Virus record (IMG/VR): IMGVR_UViG_3300027906_000002
Coordinates: 115,403-179,402 of that record
DNA: 64,000 bases
Direction: 5' to 3' (one strand)
DNA from: a virus
This document shows positions 27,728 through 37,332 of the stretch, one piece after another (position 1 is the stretch's first letter; every line of letters begins with the position of its first letter). A program made the position numbers and the translations under genes. The notes under the pieces are model-generated. The model made no database searches and was not told the origin of the DNA. It saw only the letters and a list, made by a program, of their open reading frames with translations.

Positions 27728-28234
27728 ATGAATCATAGGGTAGTTGATAATTTTTTAACCCATCATGAGTTGGCACATCTACAAGAAGTATATCTTGAAG
27801 ATGACTTTCCTTGGTTTTGGGGACCAACAACTGTACCTTATGAGGGATCCAATTGTGAAAATGAATTAGATAACTATCAATTCTACCATCCATTTTATGT
27901 TCCAGGAATGTATAATAATACACCGTACTGGAACATACTCGATCCTATAATAAAAAAACTTGGTGTTAGATCTCTTCTAAGAATAAAGGGAAACTTAACT
28001 ACAAGAACTACAGAAATAGTTGAACATGGATATCATGTAGATTTTAAATGGGATGATTCTTTAACAGCAATTTACTATGTTAATAGTAATGATGGGTATA
28101 CCATATTTGAAGATGGTACTAAAATAGAAAGTGTAGAGAACCGTATTGTCATCTTCCCAGTCCATCATAAACATAGTGGTACTAGTTGTACTAACGAAAA
28201 AAGAAGAGTTATTATTAATTTCAATTACTTCTAA
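27728..28234 (+). CDS. 2OG-Fe(II) oxygenase (prolyl 4-hydroxylase-like)
   Basis: VVDNFL start; HVD...TAIYYVNSNDGYT; NRIVIF; H.GT; R.IINFNYF; true start placed after the tRNA. Confidence 0.85.
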   Translation: MNHRVVDNFLTHHELAHLQEVYLEDDFPWFWGPTTVPYEGSNCENELDNYQFYHPFYVPGMYNNTPYWNILDPIIKKLGVRSLLRIKGNLTTRTTEIVEHGYHVDFKWDDSLTAIYYVNSNDGYTIFEDGTKIESVENRIVIFPVHHKHSGTSCTNEKRRVIINFNYF

Positions 28235-28259
28235 ATAGTCCGTAACCTTTCTCAACATT

Positions 28260-28523
28260 ATGATATTTTTAATCTCAATAATGTCATTTGCAAACTTTGT
28301 ATTTTATCCTTTAGTGATAGGATGTATAGTTGCATTCGTTATTGAATCTATTTTCAGAGCACAAGATAAAGCACCTCAAGTGCTTCGATCTATGGCAGTT
28401 AGAAAGTACTTCTGGAGACAAGCATGGTTATTCAACATCATTTGGTTTGTTGGATATTTTATATTGTTGATAACAAATAGACCAGGCACACAAGCAATGC
28501 CTGATATGATATGGCAGGGTTAA
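28260..28523 (+). CDS. Hypothetical membrane protein
   Basis: Two hydrophobic segments; TAAATA at 28232. Confidence 0.65.
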   Translation: MIFLISIMSFANFVFYPLVIGCIVAFVIESIFRAQDKAPQVLRSMAVRKYFWRQAWLFNIIWFVGYFILLITNRPGTQAMPDMIWQG

Positions 28524-28718
28524 ATGATGCAATTTCATGAAAAGGATATATCACGTATACTACATGCATGTGAGTATTACAGAAGCATTGTGAGAAGTCA
28601 GGATGAGGATCTTGCTTCTAAGTATGATAAGGTTATACATAAAATACATAGTTATAAAGAAGAAATGGAATGCCCAAACTGTTGGGATCCAGAATCGGTA
28701 TGTAATTTACACTTATGA
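28524..28718 (+). CDS. Hypothetical protein
   Basis: 64 aa; abuts both neighbours. Confidence 0.55.
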   Translation: MMQFHEKDISRILHACEYYRSIVRSQDEDLASKYDKVIHKIHSYKEEMECPNCWDPESVCNLHL

Positions 28719-29014
28719 AATACACAGATTTTAAAGAACCTAAGTACGGTTCTAATAAAGAGGGGATAGAAGTTATAGGTGGTGGAAAAGAGAAAGATTT
28801 CACCTTAGACATACTATCAGATAAAATTCATTATTACCATGCTGCTATATCAGCAAAGGAAGCTAGGTCTCTTTTAGAAAAGGAAGTTAAAGAATGGGAA
28901 GTTAAAAAAAATATATCCGATGTAGATTTTTGGCTGAACTACTTACCAGAATTAACAATATTCCTTTCTAGACAACCTTTATCTAAGGTAAGGAAGTGGA
29001 TTGAAGATAAATAA
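28715..29014 (+). CDS. Hypothetical protein
   Basis: 99 aa; ATGA coupling. Confidence 0.55.
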   Translation: MKYTDFKEPKYGSNKEGIEVIGGGKEKDFTLDILSDKIHYYHAAISAKEARSLLEKEVKEWEVKKNISDVDFWLNYLPELTIFLSRQPLSKVRKWIEDK

Positions 29015-29100
29015 TGTTTGTAACCTTGTTTCCATTTTTGTTAACTGCACTGTTAGTAACAGGAATGCACATGGCATGGCCGCTTAAGCATCGAGGATAA
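29014..29100 (+). CDS. 28-aa hydrophobic peptide (MFVTLFPFLLTALLVTGMHMAWPLKHRG)
   Basis: Read by hand; TAATG coupling at both ends. Confidence 0.55.
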   Translation: MFVTLFPFLLTALLVTGMHMAWPLKHRG

Positions 29101-29675
29101 TGGCAAATTGGTATCAGGACCAACTTACAAATAAGAATTTCTTATCACCTATAGGATTTGTCTTCTTGCTTGAGAAAGCGAGGAAGACTTCTTTCTTGTG
29201 TCAGAAAGCAGAGATACCATCAATAACTTTAGGTAAAGTTGATATTCCTACTAGGGGTATGGTTTCAATTCCTATAGAAGGTAATGTACAATATGGGGAA
29301 TTGAATATAGAATTTATTGTTGATGAGGATCTTAGAAATTATATGGAACTCCATAATTGGATAAGAGCTCTTGGTGTTCCACAAGGAGATGCTGTATCAA
29401 CTGAAGCATTTAAAAATGCCCATAGAAATCCAAGGATACCAACAGGTCAATATAAGGGATATAATGATTATAGATATTCAGATGCAACGTTACAAGTATT
29501 GAATAATAATAATTTAGTTAACTTTGATGTAGTATTTAAAGATGTATTTCCAGTAGCATTATCCACTATGCCCTTTGATGTTACTGGAACGGATAATGAT
29601 TATTTAACAGCTACAGCAACCTTCGAGTATGTACTGTACGAAGTCAGAGAAACGAACCAACAGAAATTGAGGTAG
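29100..29675 (+). CDS. gp3: Tail completion / sheath stabiliser gp3
   Basis: NKNFLSPIGF; CQKAEIPSI; FIVDEDLRNYMELHNW; FKDVFPVALS. Confidence 0.9.
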   Translation: MANWYQDQLTNKNFLSPIGFVFLLEKARKTSFLCQKAEIPSITLGKVDIPTRGMVSIPIEGNVQYGELNIEFIVDEDLRNYMELHNWIRALGVPQGDAVSTEAFKNAHRNPRIPTGQYKGYNDYRYSDATLQVLNNNNLVNFDVVFKDVFPVALSTMPFDVTGTDNDYLTATATFEYVLYEVRETNQQKLR

Positions 29676-29676
29676 T

Positions 29677-29705
29677 TGCAAAATTTCTAGATCTGTGGTA
29701 CTATT
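29677..29705 (+). promoter_or_regulatory. Sigma70-like promoter TTGCAA-N17-TACTAT
   Basis: In the gap upstream of 29744; extended -10 TG present. Confidence 0.6.
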
Positions 29706-29743
29706 GAAAGACTATACATATTGTGGTATGGGAGGTCTAGGGA

Positions 29744-30025
29744 ATGGCATTAAGAAAAGGAGATCGGTTGCCTAAGCAACCAAAGAAAAAACCTATCACA
29801 GAATGGGATGATTCTAACTGGAGACAGGAAGCAAAGGGTTACACCACCAACACTCTCCATCTAGAGTTGCTTGAGAATGGACCTAAGAGTCTATCTCAAT
29901 CATGGATAATGAATGCTTTAAAGCAAAAGTGGATGAAGATGAAAGGGTATGCTCATCCAGAACCACCTGATGTATCATCATCGATGAAAGAATTTTTTGC
30001 AAAAACTAAAGATCAAGGTATATGA
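29744..30025 (+). CDS. Conserved cyanophage hypothetical protein
   Basis: SD GGAGG; LENGPKSLSQSW motif; 93 aa. Confidence 0.7.
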   Translation: MALRKGDRLPKQPKKKPITEWDDSNWRQEAKGYTTNTLHLELLENGPKSLSQSWIMNALKQKWMKMKGYAHPEPPDVSSSMKEFFAKTKDQGI

Positions 30026-30303
30026 TATTCTGGATTGGTTTCACCCTCATGTTTTTCAATGAGGGTTTTGTTATGATGAGACATGTATCACCGTGGTTCT
30101 CAAAGCAAAGAGATAAGTTTATTGATAAGTATGGTGCTAATGTATGGTACAGATTTCACGGTACATTAGATTATACTTGGATAGGACTTGTGACAATTGG
30201 ATTGATAGTTAATCCTAATAAGTTATTACACATAGCAGCATTAGTAGCATTTTGGACTACTTCATTTTTAATATTCTATGCACCAAGGTGGATTAAAAGA
30301 TAA
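30022..30303 (+). CDS. Hypothetical membrane protein
   Basis: Hydrophobic segments; ATGA/TAATG coupling. Confidence 0.65.
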   Translation: MIFWIGFTLMFFNEGFVMMRHVSPWFSKQRDKFIDKYGANVWYRFHGTLDYTWIGLVTIGLIVNPNKLLHIAALVAFWTTSFLIFYAPRWIKR

Positions 30304-30731
30304 TGAATTTAGAAAATCTTCAGGAGATGTGGAAGACTGATAGTATCATAGATACTGAGAAGTATGGTGAAGAATCAGTAAGGATACCTCAACTCCATAT
30401 GAGATATATGGAGTTTTTTAATACCTTCTCTCTAATGAAAAAAGATAGAGAGTCTGAAATGAGAATGATGGTTAGAGATAAATGGGTATTTTATAAAGGG
30501 AAAGCACCAGCAAGTGTATACAAAGAAGTACCGTTTGATTTAAAACTTACTACAAACGATGAGATTAAAATGTTTATTGCTGCTGATGATGAGGTCAGAA
30601 AGCTACAACTGAAGATCGACTATATAGAACAAACGATCTTCTTTCTTGATGGTGTGTTACGTCAAATTAATGGCCGTAACTACCAAATTAAAAATGCTAT
30701 TGAGTGGGAGAGATTTCAAAGTGGAATGTAA
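30303..30731 (+). CDS. uvsY: Recombination mediator UvsY
   Basis: MWKTDS; IPQLHMRY; YKGKAP; RNYQIKNAIEW. Confidence 0.92.
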   Translation: MNLENLQEMWKTDSIIDTEKYGEESVRIPQLHMRYMEFFNTFSLMKKDRESEMRMMVRDKWVFYKGKAPASVYKEVPFDLKLTTNDEIKMFIAADDEVRKLQLKIDYIEQTIFFLDGVLRQINGRNYQIKNAIEWERFQSGM

Positions 30732-30734
30732 ATC

Positions 30735-32207
30735 ATGGCAGATCTCGTTATTCAGAAGAAGAACGAAGTTTATTTAAAGATACAAGCAGAGCCTCATCTC
30801 CACAAAGAGGCAGCAGAATATTTTACATTTGAAATACCTTCTGCAAAATACATGCAGAAGACAAGAAGATATAAAGGTTGGGACGGTAAAGTAAGATTAT
30901 ACTCACCTGCTACTGGAGAGATCTATTGCGGTTTAATAAATTATCTAACTGACTGGGCAAAGGAAAAGGGATATCATTATGAGTATTTGGAATCTCAACA
31001 CTTTGGTCATCCCAAGGATCAGAATGATCTAATAACTCCTGAGTCTGTAGTTGGATTTGTAAAAGCTTTACGTCTTCCTGTAAAGGTTCGGGACTACCAG
31101 TACGCAGCAATATACGAGTCCCTACGATACAACAGAGCACTCCTATTGTCGCCAACTGCAAGCGGGAAAAGCCTAATGATTTATTCATTGGTTCGATTTC
31201 ATGTGAATGTTAAAAGGAATGTACTTATTATAGTACCAACTACCTCTCTTGTCGAACAAATGTATAAAGACTTTAAAGAGTATGGTTGGAATGTTAAAGA
31301 TCATTGCCATAGAATTTATGGTGGTAAAGAAAAGTATACAGACCATGATGTAGTTATATCAACTTGGCAATCAATTTATAAGGAACCACGTAAATGGTTT
31401 GAAAGGTTTGATGTTGTGATTGGTGATGAGGCTCATTTATTTAAAGCTAAATCGCTTACTGCAATTATGAATAAGTTGCATAGTTGTAAATATCGTATTG
31501 GATTTACTGGTACTTTAGATGGTACTGAATGTAATCAGTTAGTGTTGGAAGGTGTGTTTGGTAAATGTTCTAAGATTACTAGGACATCTGATCTAATGAA
31601 GAAGGGGTATGTTGCTAAGTTAAAGGTGGAGGTTATTGTATTAAAACATGATGAACAAATCTTTGAAGGGTATCAAGATGAAATGGAATATCTTTGTGAG
31701 CATGAACAACGTAATCATTTTATCCGTAACCTAGTATGTGATCTTAAGGGAAACACATTGGTACTATTCAACTACGTGGAGAAGCACGGGCTACCTTTGT
31801 ATGAGATGATAAATAGTCATACCGACAGACCAGTACATTTAGTTTATGGTGGAGTGGATGTCGATGACCGAGAACAAATTCGTAAATTAGTAGAACATGA
31901 AAACAACTCAATTATTGTTGCCTCTTATGGCACTTTCAGTACTGGGATTAACATTAGGCGGTTGCACAACCTCGTCTTCGCCAGTCCCTCCAAGTCCAGA
32001 GTCCGTAATCTCCAATCAATTGGAAGGGTTCTCAGGAATTCCAGAGACAAAGTAGAAGCAACTTTATATGATATAGCTGACGATATTAGTAGAGATAATG
32101 GGAAGAACTATACTCTTCTCCATCTCTTTGAAAGATTGAAAATATATAAAGAAGAAAATTTTAATTATGAAATTGTAGAGATTAAACTCAAACCTCATGG
32201 CAATTAA
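30735..32207 (+). CDS. uvsW: SF2 helicase UvsW
   Basis: RDYQ; SPTASGKS; DEAH; GFTGT; QSIGRVLR. Confidence 0.96.
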   Translation: MADLVIQKKNEVYLKIQAEPHLHKEAAEYFTFEIPSAKYMQKTRRYKGWDGKVRLYSPATGEIYCGLINYLTDWAKEKGYHYEYLESQHFGHPKDQNDLITPESVVGFVKALRLPVKVRDYQYAAIYESLRYNRALLLSPTASGKSLMIYSLVRFHVNVKRNVLIIVPTTSLVEQMYKDFKEYGWNVKDHCHRIYGGKEKYTDHDVVISTWQSIYKEPRKWFERFDVVIGDEAHLFKAKSLTAIMNKLHSCKYRIGFTGTLDGTECNQLVLEGVFGKCSKITRTSDLMKKGYVAKLKVEVIVLKHDEQIFEGYQDEMEYLCEHEQRNHFIRNLVCDLKGNTLVLFNYVEKHGLPLYEMINSHTDRPVHLVYGGVDVDDREQIRKLVEHENNSIIVASYGTFSTGINIRRLHNLVFASPSKSRVRNLQSIGRVLRNSRDKVEATLYDIADDISRDNGKNYTLLHLFERLKIYKEENFNYEIVEIKLKPHGN

Positions 32208-32634
32208 TTACGCTAGACATGAAGAAGAATTTCATGGAGTTTTCAAACTCGTCAGTGGAGAGGAAGTGCTTGCCAAGGCTGTATTAACAAATGAAAATGA
32301 AGAGACTCTATGTTTTCTTCAAGACCCTGTATGTATACAAGTGGTCAATCAGGATATGGGTAAAGGGAAAATGATGAGAGGTATGGGATTTCACAAGTGG
32401 ATGCAATTATCTGATGAAGACTTTTTTATAGTTAGAGAAAAGGATGTGTTAAGTGTTGCCTCTATGTCTAAAGAAGTTATGTTTATGTATGAAGGATTTT
32501 TAGCGAACGAGGAAGCACCACATAAAACAGCCGAGCGTACGGCTCGTAGAGAAACAGAATTAAAAAAGACTCAAGGATACATAGGATCCATTAAACAAGC
32601 TAGACAAATATTTGAAAAACTATATTACTCATAG
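32197..32634 (+). CDS. Conserved T4-like hypothetical protein (Sm-like fold)
   Basis: VFKLVSGEEVLA motif; usual position between uvsW and gp55. Confidence 0.7.
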   Translation: MAINYARHEEEFHGVFKLVSGEEVLAKAVLTNENEETLCFLQDPVCIQVVNQDMGKGKMMRGMGFHKWMQLSDEDFFIVREKDVLSVASMSKEVMFMYEGFLANEEAPHKTAERTARRETELKKTQGYIGSIKQARQIFEKLYYS

Positions 32635-32673
32635 TATATCCCTGAACCCTTAACATGGTTAGTCTATATAAAT

Positions 32674-32702
32674 TTGACAACTTTGTCAAGCTCTATTATA
32701 AT
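32674..32702 (+). promoter_or_regulatory. Consensus sigma70 promoter TTGACA-N17-TATAAT for gp55
   Basis: Exact consensus; the -35 is part of the inverted repeat TTGACAA-CT-TTGTCAA. Confidence 0.85.
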
Positions 32703-32724
32703 GTAATCATAATCGAACACCGAT

Positions 32725-33195
32725 ATGAAAAGAGTTGCTAAGAAGAAAGAACACTATGTTAATAATGCAGACTTCCTAGCTGCCATTGTTAAGTATAAGG
32801 ATAAGGTTGAGATTGCTGAGAAGCAAGGTCTGCCTAAACCTCGTGTCAATAATTATATTGGGGGATGCTTTTTAAAGATAGCAACACACCTATCTTATAG
32901 ACCAAACTTTATCAACTACATGTATAAAGATGATATGGTTTGTGATGGCATAGAAAATTGTATACAGTACATAGATAATTTTGATCCAGCAAAGAGTAAA
33001 AATCCATTTGCATATTTTACACAGATAGTGTATTATGCGTTCCTACGTCGTATTGCTAAAGAGAAACGCCAGATGGACATCAAAGATAAAATTTTAGAGA
33101 AGTCTGGATACGAGCATGTATTCTCAACTGATGGTGATACTAGTGCTGATTATGGTGGCATAAAGAATCGTGTTGAAATGAATCAGAAGAGATGA
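32725..33195 (+). CDS. gp55: Late-transcription sigma factor gp55
   Basis: HYVNNADFL; RPNFINYMYKDDMVCDGIENC; NPFAYFTQI. Confidence 0.96.
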   Translation: MKRVAKKKEHYVNNADFLAAIVKYKDKVEIAEKQGLPKPRVNNYIGGCFLKIATHLSYRPNFINYMYKDDMVCDGIENCIQYIDNFDPAKSKNPFAYFTQIVYYAFLRRIAKEKRQMDIKDKILEKSGYEHVFSTDGDTSADYGGIKNRVEMNQKR

Positions 33196-34223
33196 AGATC
33201 TTACTGATAACAGATCAACACTTCGGTGTCCGTAATGACAATCTTCATTTTGTTGAGCACTATAGAAAGTTCTATAGTAAAATTGTAATACCCTTTCTTA
33301 AAGCATCGGGTATTAAAGAGATTATAAATTTAGGTGATACGTTTGATAGACGTAAGTATGTTAACTTTATGTCTCTTGAAGCAGCGAAGGAGATGTGGTT
33401 TGATCCTGTTAAAGAATTAGGATGTAAGATGACTGCCTTGGTTGGTAATCATGACATATATTATAAGAACACATTAAGGATTAACTCACCAGATGAGTTG
33501 TTAGGAGGATATGATATAGATGTTATCACTGAACCCAGTACCCGTAATTTTGACGGTACTGACATTCTATTACTTCCTTGGATATGTGATGAGAACTACG
33601 ACAGAACCTTACGAAGCATCGCAGAAAGTACTGCACCTGTCTGTATGGGCCATCTTGAGCTTAACGGCTTTGAAGCTCATCCAGGTCATGTCATGAATAC
33701 TGGTATTGATATGACTATGTTTAAACAGTTTGAGAAGGTATTCTCAGGACACTATCACACTAAATCTAATAGGGATAATTGTTATTATCTCGGTAACCCA
33801 TATCAATTATATTGGAATGACTACGGACAAAAAAGAGGGTTCCATGTCTTTGATACAGAGACTCTACGAACTACTTTCTATAGAAATCCCTTTGACACTT
33901 TTCATAAGTTGTATTATAATGGTGGAGTTACTATCCCGCCTGAAGAAGAAATTAAAGGAACCTTCGTCAAACTCATAGTAGAGGACAAGGGTGATTATGC
34001 TAAGTTTGATTATGTAGTGAGGCAACTCCAAGATATTGGTTTAGCCGATCTTAAGATTGTAGAAGATTTGAGTGTTGATTTAGAAAGGGGTGATTCGGTT
34101 GTAGAGACTGAGGACACCATGACATTACTAGACAACTACGTCGATGAAATTGATCTTAAGGTTAATCGAAATAATGTTAAAAACATTATGAGATCATTGT
34201 ACTTAGAAGCTTCTGAACTTTAA
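33192..34223 (+). CDS. gp47: Recombination endonuclease subunit gp47 (Mre11-like)
   Basis: TDQHFG; LGDTFD; GNHD; FSGHYH; YLGNPYQ. Confidence 0.96.
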   Translation: MKILLITDQHFGVRNDNLHFVEHYRKFYSKIVIPFLKASGIKEIINLGDTFDRRKYVNFMSLEAAKEMWFDPVKELGCKMTALVGNHDIYYKNTLRINSPDELLGGYDIDVITEPSTRNFDGTDILLLPWICDENYDRTLRSIAESTAPVCMGHLELNGFEAHPGHVMNTGIDMTMFKQFEKVFSGHYHTKSNRDNCYYLGNPYQLYWNDYGQKRGFHVFDTETLRTTFYRNPFDTFHKLYYNGGVTIPPEEEIKGTFVKLIVEDKGDYAKFDYVVRQLQDIGLADLKIVEDLSVDLERGDSVVETEDTMTLLDNYVDEIDLKVNRNNVKNIMRSLYLEASEL

Positions 34224-34483
34224 TGTTTATTTTAACTGAGAAAGATACTGGTGGCGTATACGCTCTTCCAAATAATGATAACGTTAAAACCGTTCATATG
34301 TTTGAGCAAGAGGATGACGCTGTAAGATATCTTGAACAGTTACAAGCTATCGATTACAAAAGAACACTAGAATTAATGGAAATAGATGTTGATGCTGTTG
34401 CCATTAATTGTGATAAATTTGGATATGCTTATTCAATAGTCACTAAAAATGATTTAATTTTACCTCCAACTAAATCGGAATGA
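34223..34483 (+). CDS. Conserved cyanophage hypothetical protein
   Basis: MFILT..GGVYA...FEQEDDAVRY; between gp47 and gp46. Confidence 0.7.
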   Translation: MFILTEKDTGGVYALPNNDNVKTVHMFEQEDDAVRYLEQLQAIDYKRTLELMEIDVDAVAINCDKFGYAYSIVTKNDLILPPTKSE

Positions 34484-36195
34484 TTACATTTGAAAGTATT
34501 AAGTGGAAGAATTTTCTTTCCACTGGTGATCAATGGACTGAAATACAACTTAATGACATTCCTTCCACTTTAATTGTTGGGACTAATGGTGCTGGAAAGA
34601 GTACCATGTTAGATGCTTTATGTTTTGGCCTTTTCAATAAACCATTTAGAAAAATTAATCGAGGGCAATTAGTTAACAGTATAAATGAAAAGGGTTTAAA
34701 AGTTGAAGTATGTTTTTCTATTGGTAAAGATGAATACAGAGTTTTCCGAGGTGCGAAACCAAACCTATTTGAGGTTTATAAAAATAACAAGATGGTTGAC
34801 CAAGACGCTGCTGCCAAAGACACGCAGAAGTATCTGGAACAATCAGTCCTTAAACTCAACTACAAAAGTTTTACCCAAGTTGTCATACTTGGTTCATCCA
34901 CATTTGTACCCTTCATGCAATTGGGAGCAAGTGTCAGGAGAGAAGTTATCGAAGATCTACTCGATATCCAGATCTTCTCACACATGAATACTCTGTTAAA
35001 AGACAGAGTTAGAAGTCAAATTTCAAAAAATAGAGACACTATTTATTTAAAAGAAATTGCAGAAGAGAGAGTTTTATCTCAGGAAAGATTAATTAATTCT
35101 TTAAAAGAAGTTAATACAAATAGGAAGGATGAAAAGAAAGAGAAATATGAACTAAATGAAACTAAAATAAAAGAAAAAAGTAAACAAAAAAAATCAAAGC
35201 AACGGAAGTTAAAGAAATTAGAAGACGGTTGTCAGGGGATTGAAACACAGCGTACGTTATTACAGGGGTTGCGTGATAAACAAACTGAAAACAAAACTGA
35301 ATTAAAGAGACTTACTAAAGAGATTACCTTTCTTGAGACTAATGATGAGTGTCCTACATGTACTCAGGTTATTAGTGATGAGTTTAAAGGAGTTAGGATG
35401 TCATCGTTAACTAATAGTGGATCTATATTAACTAAAGATGCTGAAGGTTTAACAAAAAATATTGATGAGGCTGTAGATATTATTAATAAGATAGAAAAAA
35501 TATGTGAGGAAATGTATAATGTTAGAAGTGAAGTGTCATCTTTAGAGAGGGATGTAGTTAGATTAGAAAAGGAAAATTTGAATATAGATAAAGAATTAGA
35601 GAATTTAACTAGTCCTAAGATTGATGAAGAGAGTGAGGAATTAGACAAATTAACTGAACAACTTAACTTAATAGAAAATGATTGTGCAAACTCTAGTCAG
35701 ACATTGGATGAGTATAATATTATTGGAAAGTTACTGAAAGATTCTGGTATTAAGAAGCAGATCATAAAGAAATATATTCCTATATTTAATGGACTCATCA
35801 ATAAATATCTTCATACAATGGATTTCTTTGTTAACTTCACTCTCGACGAGGAGTTTAATGAAGTAATTAAAAGTAGATTTAGAGATGAGTTTAGTTACGC
35901 TTCTTTCTCCGAAGGTGAGAAACAGAAGATTGACTTGGCTCTTCTTTTTACATGGAGAGAAGTTGCACGTATGAAAAACTCTGCTGCAACTAATCTTCTC
36001 ATACTTGATGAAGTATTTGATAGTTCCTTAGATGCTTCTGCTACTAGTGAATTACTTTCTATACTTTTGAAGTTGGGAGGAGGAACTAATCTATTTGTTA
36101 TATCACATAAGGGTGATATACTTATGGACAAATTTAAGAGATGTCTTAGATTTGAAAAGGTCAATGATTTTTCAAAACTATTAGAGGAGGAATGA
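34480..36195 (+). CDS. gp46: Recombination endonuclease subunit gp46 (Rad50-like)
   Basis: GTNGAGKST; CPTC zinc hook; FSEGEK; LILDEVFD. Confidence 0.96.
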   Translation: MITFESIKWKNFLSTGDQWTEIQLNDIPSTLIVGTNGAGKSTMLDALCFGLFNKPFRKINRGQLVNSINEKGLKVEVCFSIGKDEYRVFRGAKPNLFEVYKNNKMVDQDAAAKDTQKYLEQSVLKLNYKSFTQVVILGSSTFVPFMQLGASVRREVIEDLLDIQIFSHMNTLLKDRVRSQISKNRDTIYLKEIAEERVLSQERLINSLKEVNTNRKDEKKEKYELNETKIKEKSKQKKSKQRKLKKLEDGCQGIETQRTLLQGLRDKQTENKTELKRLTKEITFLETNDECPTCTQVISDEFKGVRMSSLTNSGSILTKDAEGLTKNIDEAVDIINKIEKICEEMYNVRSEVSSLERDVVRLEKENLNIDKELENLTSPKIDEESEELDKLTEQLNLIENDCANSSQTLDEYNIIGKLLKDSGIKKQIIKKYIPIFNGLINKYLHTMDFFVNFTLDEEFNEVIKSRFRDEFSYASFSEGEKQKIDLALLFTWREVARMKNSAATNLLILDEVFDSSLDASATSELLSILLKLGGGTNLFVISHKGDILMDKFKRCLRFEKVNDFSKLLEEE

Positions 36196-36758
36196 AGAAA
36201 CTATTAACTGCAGTAATTGCAGCATCGATGTTACTACCTACTGGGGTACTAGCATCATCTATTAGACCAGGCTCGAATGTAAAACGACCAGCACCTAAAG
36301 GACCAACTTGCCTTGTGCTAGTAGATGATGGTGAATTTGTGGAAGAGAAGTGGAAGAAATGTGAGGTAGTAATAGATGAGACAGGTGTAACACATCCAAT
36401 AGGTAAGATAATAAACGTAGTACAATGGAGTACCGAAGAAGAAAAATTTGAAGTGGGAGGAGCAATCGTTGGTGGTGTTGCTGGCACAGGTGTAGGATTT
36501 GCTGCTGGATTGGGTAGTTGTGCTTTTCTAGGACCATTCTGTTTGATTGCAGCACCAGCAATAATGCAAACTGGTACAATGGCAGGAGCAGGTGCTGGTG
36601 GTAAACGTTTTGGAAAGTTCTTTACTGTCATTGGTGATGATATTGATGGTAGAAGATTGATTCAAGAGTTTCGACACCCCTCAAAGAAATTAACTAAGAT
36701 TACAGAGAGGCAACTACTAGATACAACTAAATTAGCAGAGGGTGAAACAAGAAAATGA
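36192..36758 (+). CDS. Hypothetical secreted/membrane protein with glycine-zipper segment
   Basis: Signal peptide MKKLLTAVIAASMLLPTGVLA; GGAIVGGVAGTGVG. Confidence 0.65.
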   Translation: MKKLLTAVIAASMLLPTGVLASSIRPGSNVKRPAPKGPTCLVLVDDGEFVEEKWKKCEVVIDETGVTHPIGKIINVVQWSTEEEKFEVGGAIVGGVAGTGVGFAAGLGSCAFLGPFCLIAAPAIMQTGTMAGAGAGGKRFGKFFTVIGDDIDGRRLIQEFRHPSKKLTKITERQLLDTTKLAEGETRK

Positions 36759-37075
36759 GATTTAAAGCAACTGTTAATGTGAAGCTCAGAGGATCTGTAT
36801 CAGATGCTGCTGGTAATGCTGTTATGAATAACACTAAGCGAGTGGCTCCTAGTCTTAAATCAAACTTGTTAAGGATTGGTAAGGTTATTGATTATTGGTT
36901 TGAAGCACCAGATAAGGAGACAGCAGAAAAAGAATTGCATACTCTCACTGATTTATTTTTGGCTAATACTGTGGTAGAAGATTGGGAATATGAATTCCAT
37001 GAAACCGAAGAGACTGGCATTGGAAATATATCAAATGATAATGCTGGTACATCTAAGCACAGTTTATTTGAGTGA
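36755..37075 (+). CDS. purS: FGAM synthase subunit PurS
   Basis: V.VKLRGSVSDAAGNAV; LRIGKVI; LANTVVEDW. Confidence 0.85.
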   Translation: MRFKATVNVKLRGSVSDAAGNAVMNNTKRVAPSLKSNLLRIGKVIDYWFEAPDKETAEKELHTLTDLFLANTVVEDWEYEFHETEETGIGNISNDNAGTSKHSLFE

Positions 37076-37332
37076 CTAAACTATGGAGGATTTGGAAGTA
37101 TGCATTGGGTAGTTTTTCTGACGAAAAAACTGAACCCTACGACAACTACGTTGTTCTGGTACGTTCTATTATTTTCGTTTCTTATCTCGTTACTAATTGT
37201 TTTATTACTGCAGGGGTCATAAGACACTGGGGTGACAGTAAACAAACTGTCACACTGTCACATCACACACCCAAAGAGTTTGCTATACTAGATGCATACG
37301 AGAGGGATTATGACAATCAACGCAGAAGTTAA
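37072..37332 (+). CDS. Small membrane hypothetical protein
   Basis: WRIWKYALGSFSDEKT; TNCFITAGVIRHW. Confidence 0.6.
   Translation: MTKLWRIWKYALGSFSDEKTEPYDNYVVLVRSIIFVSYLVTNCFITAGVIRHWGDSKQTVTLSHHTPKEFAILDAYERDYDNQRRS
37234..37289 (+). promoter_or_regulatory. Palindrome GACAG-N8-CTGTC plus extended -10 TGCTATACT
   Basis: GTGACAGT-aaacaa-ACTGTCAC at 37232-37253; -10 at 37284. Confidence 0.6.
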
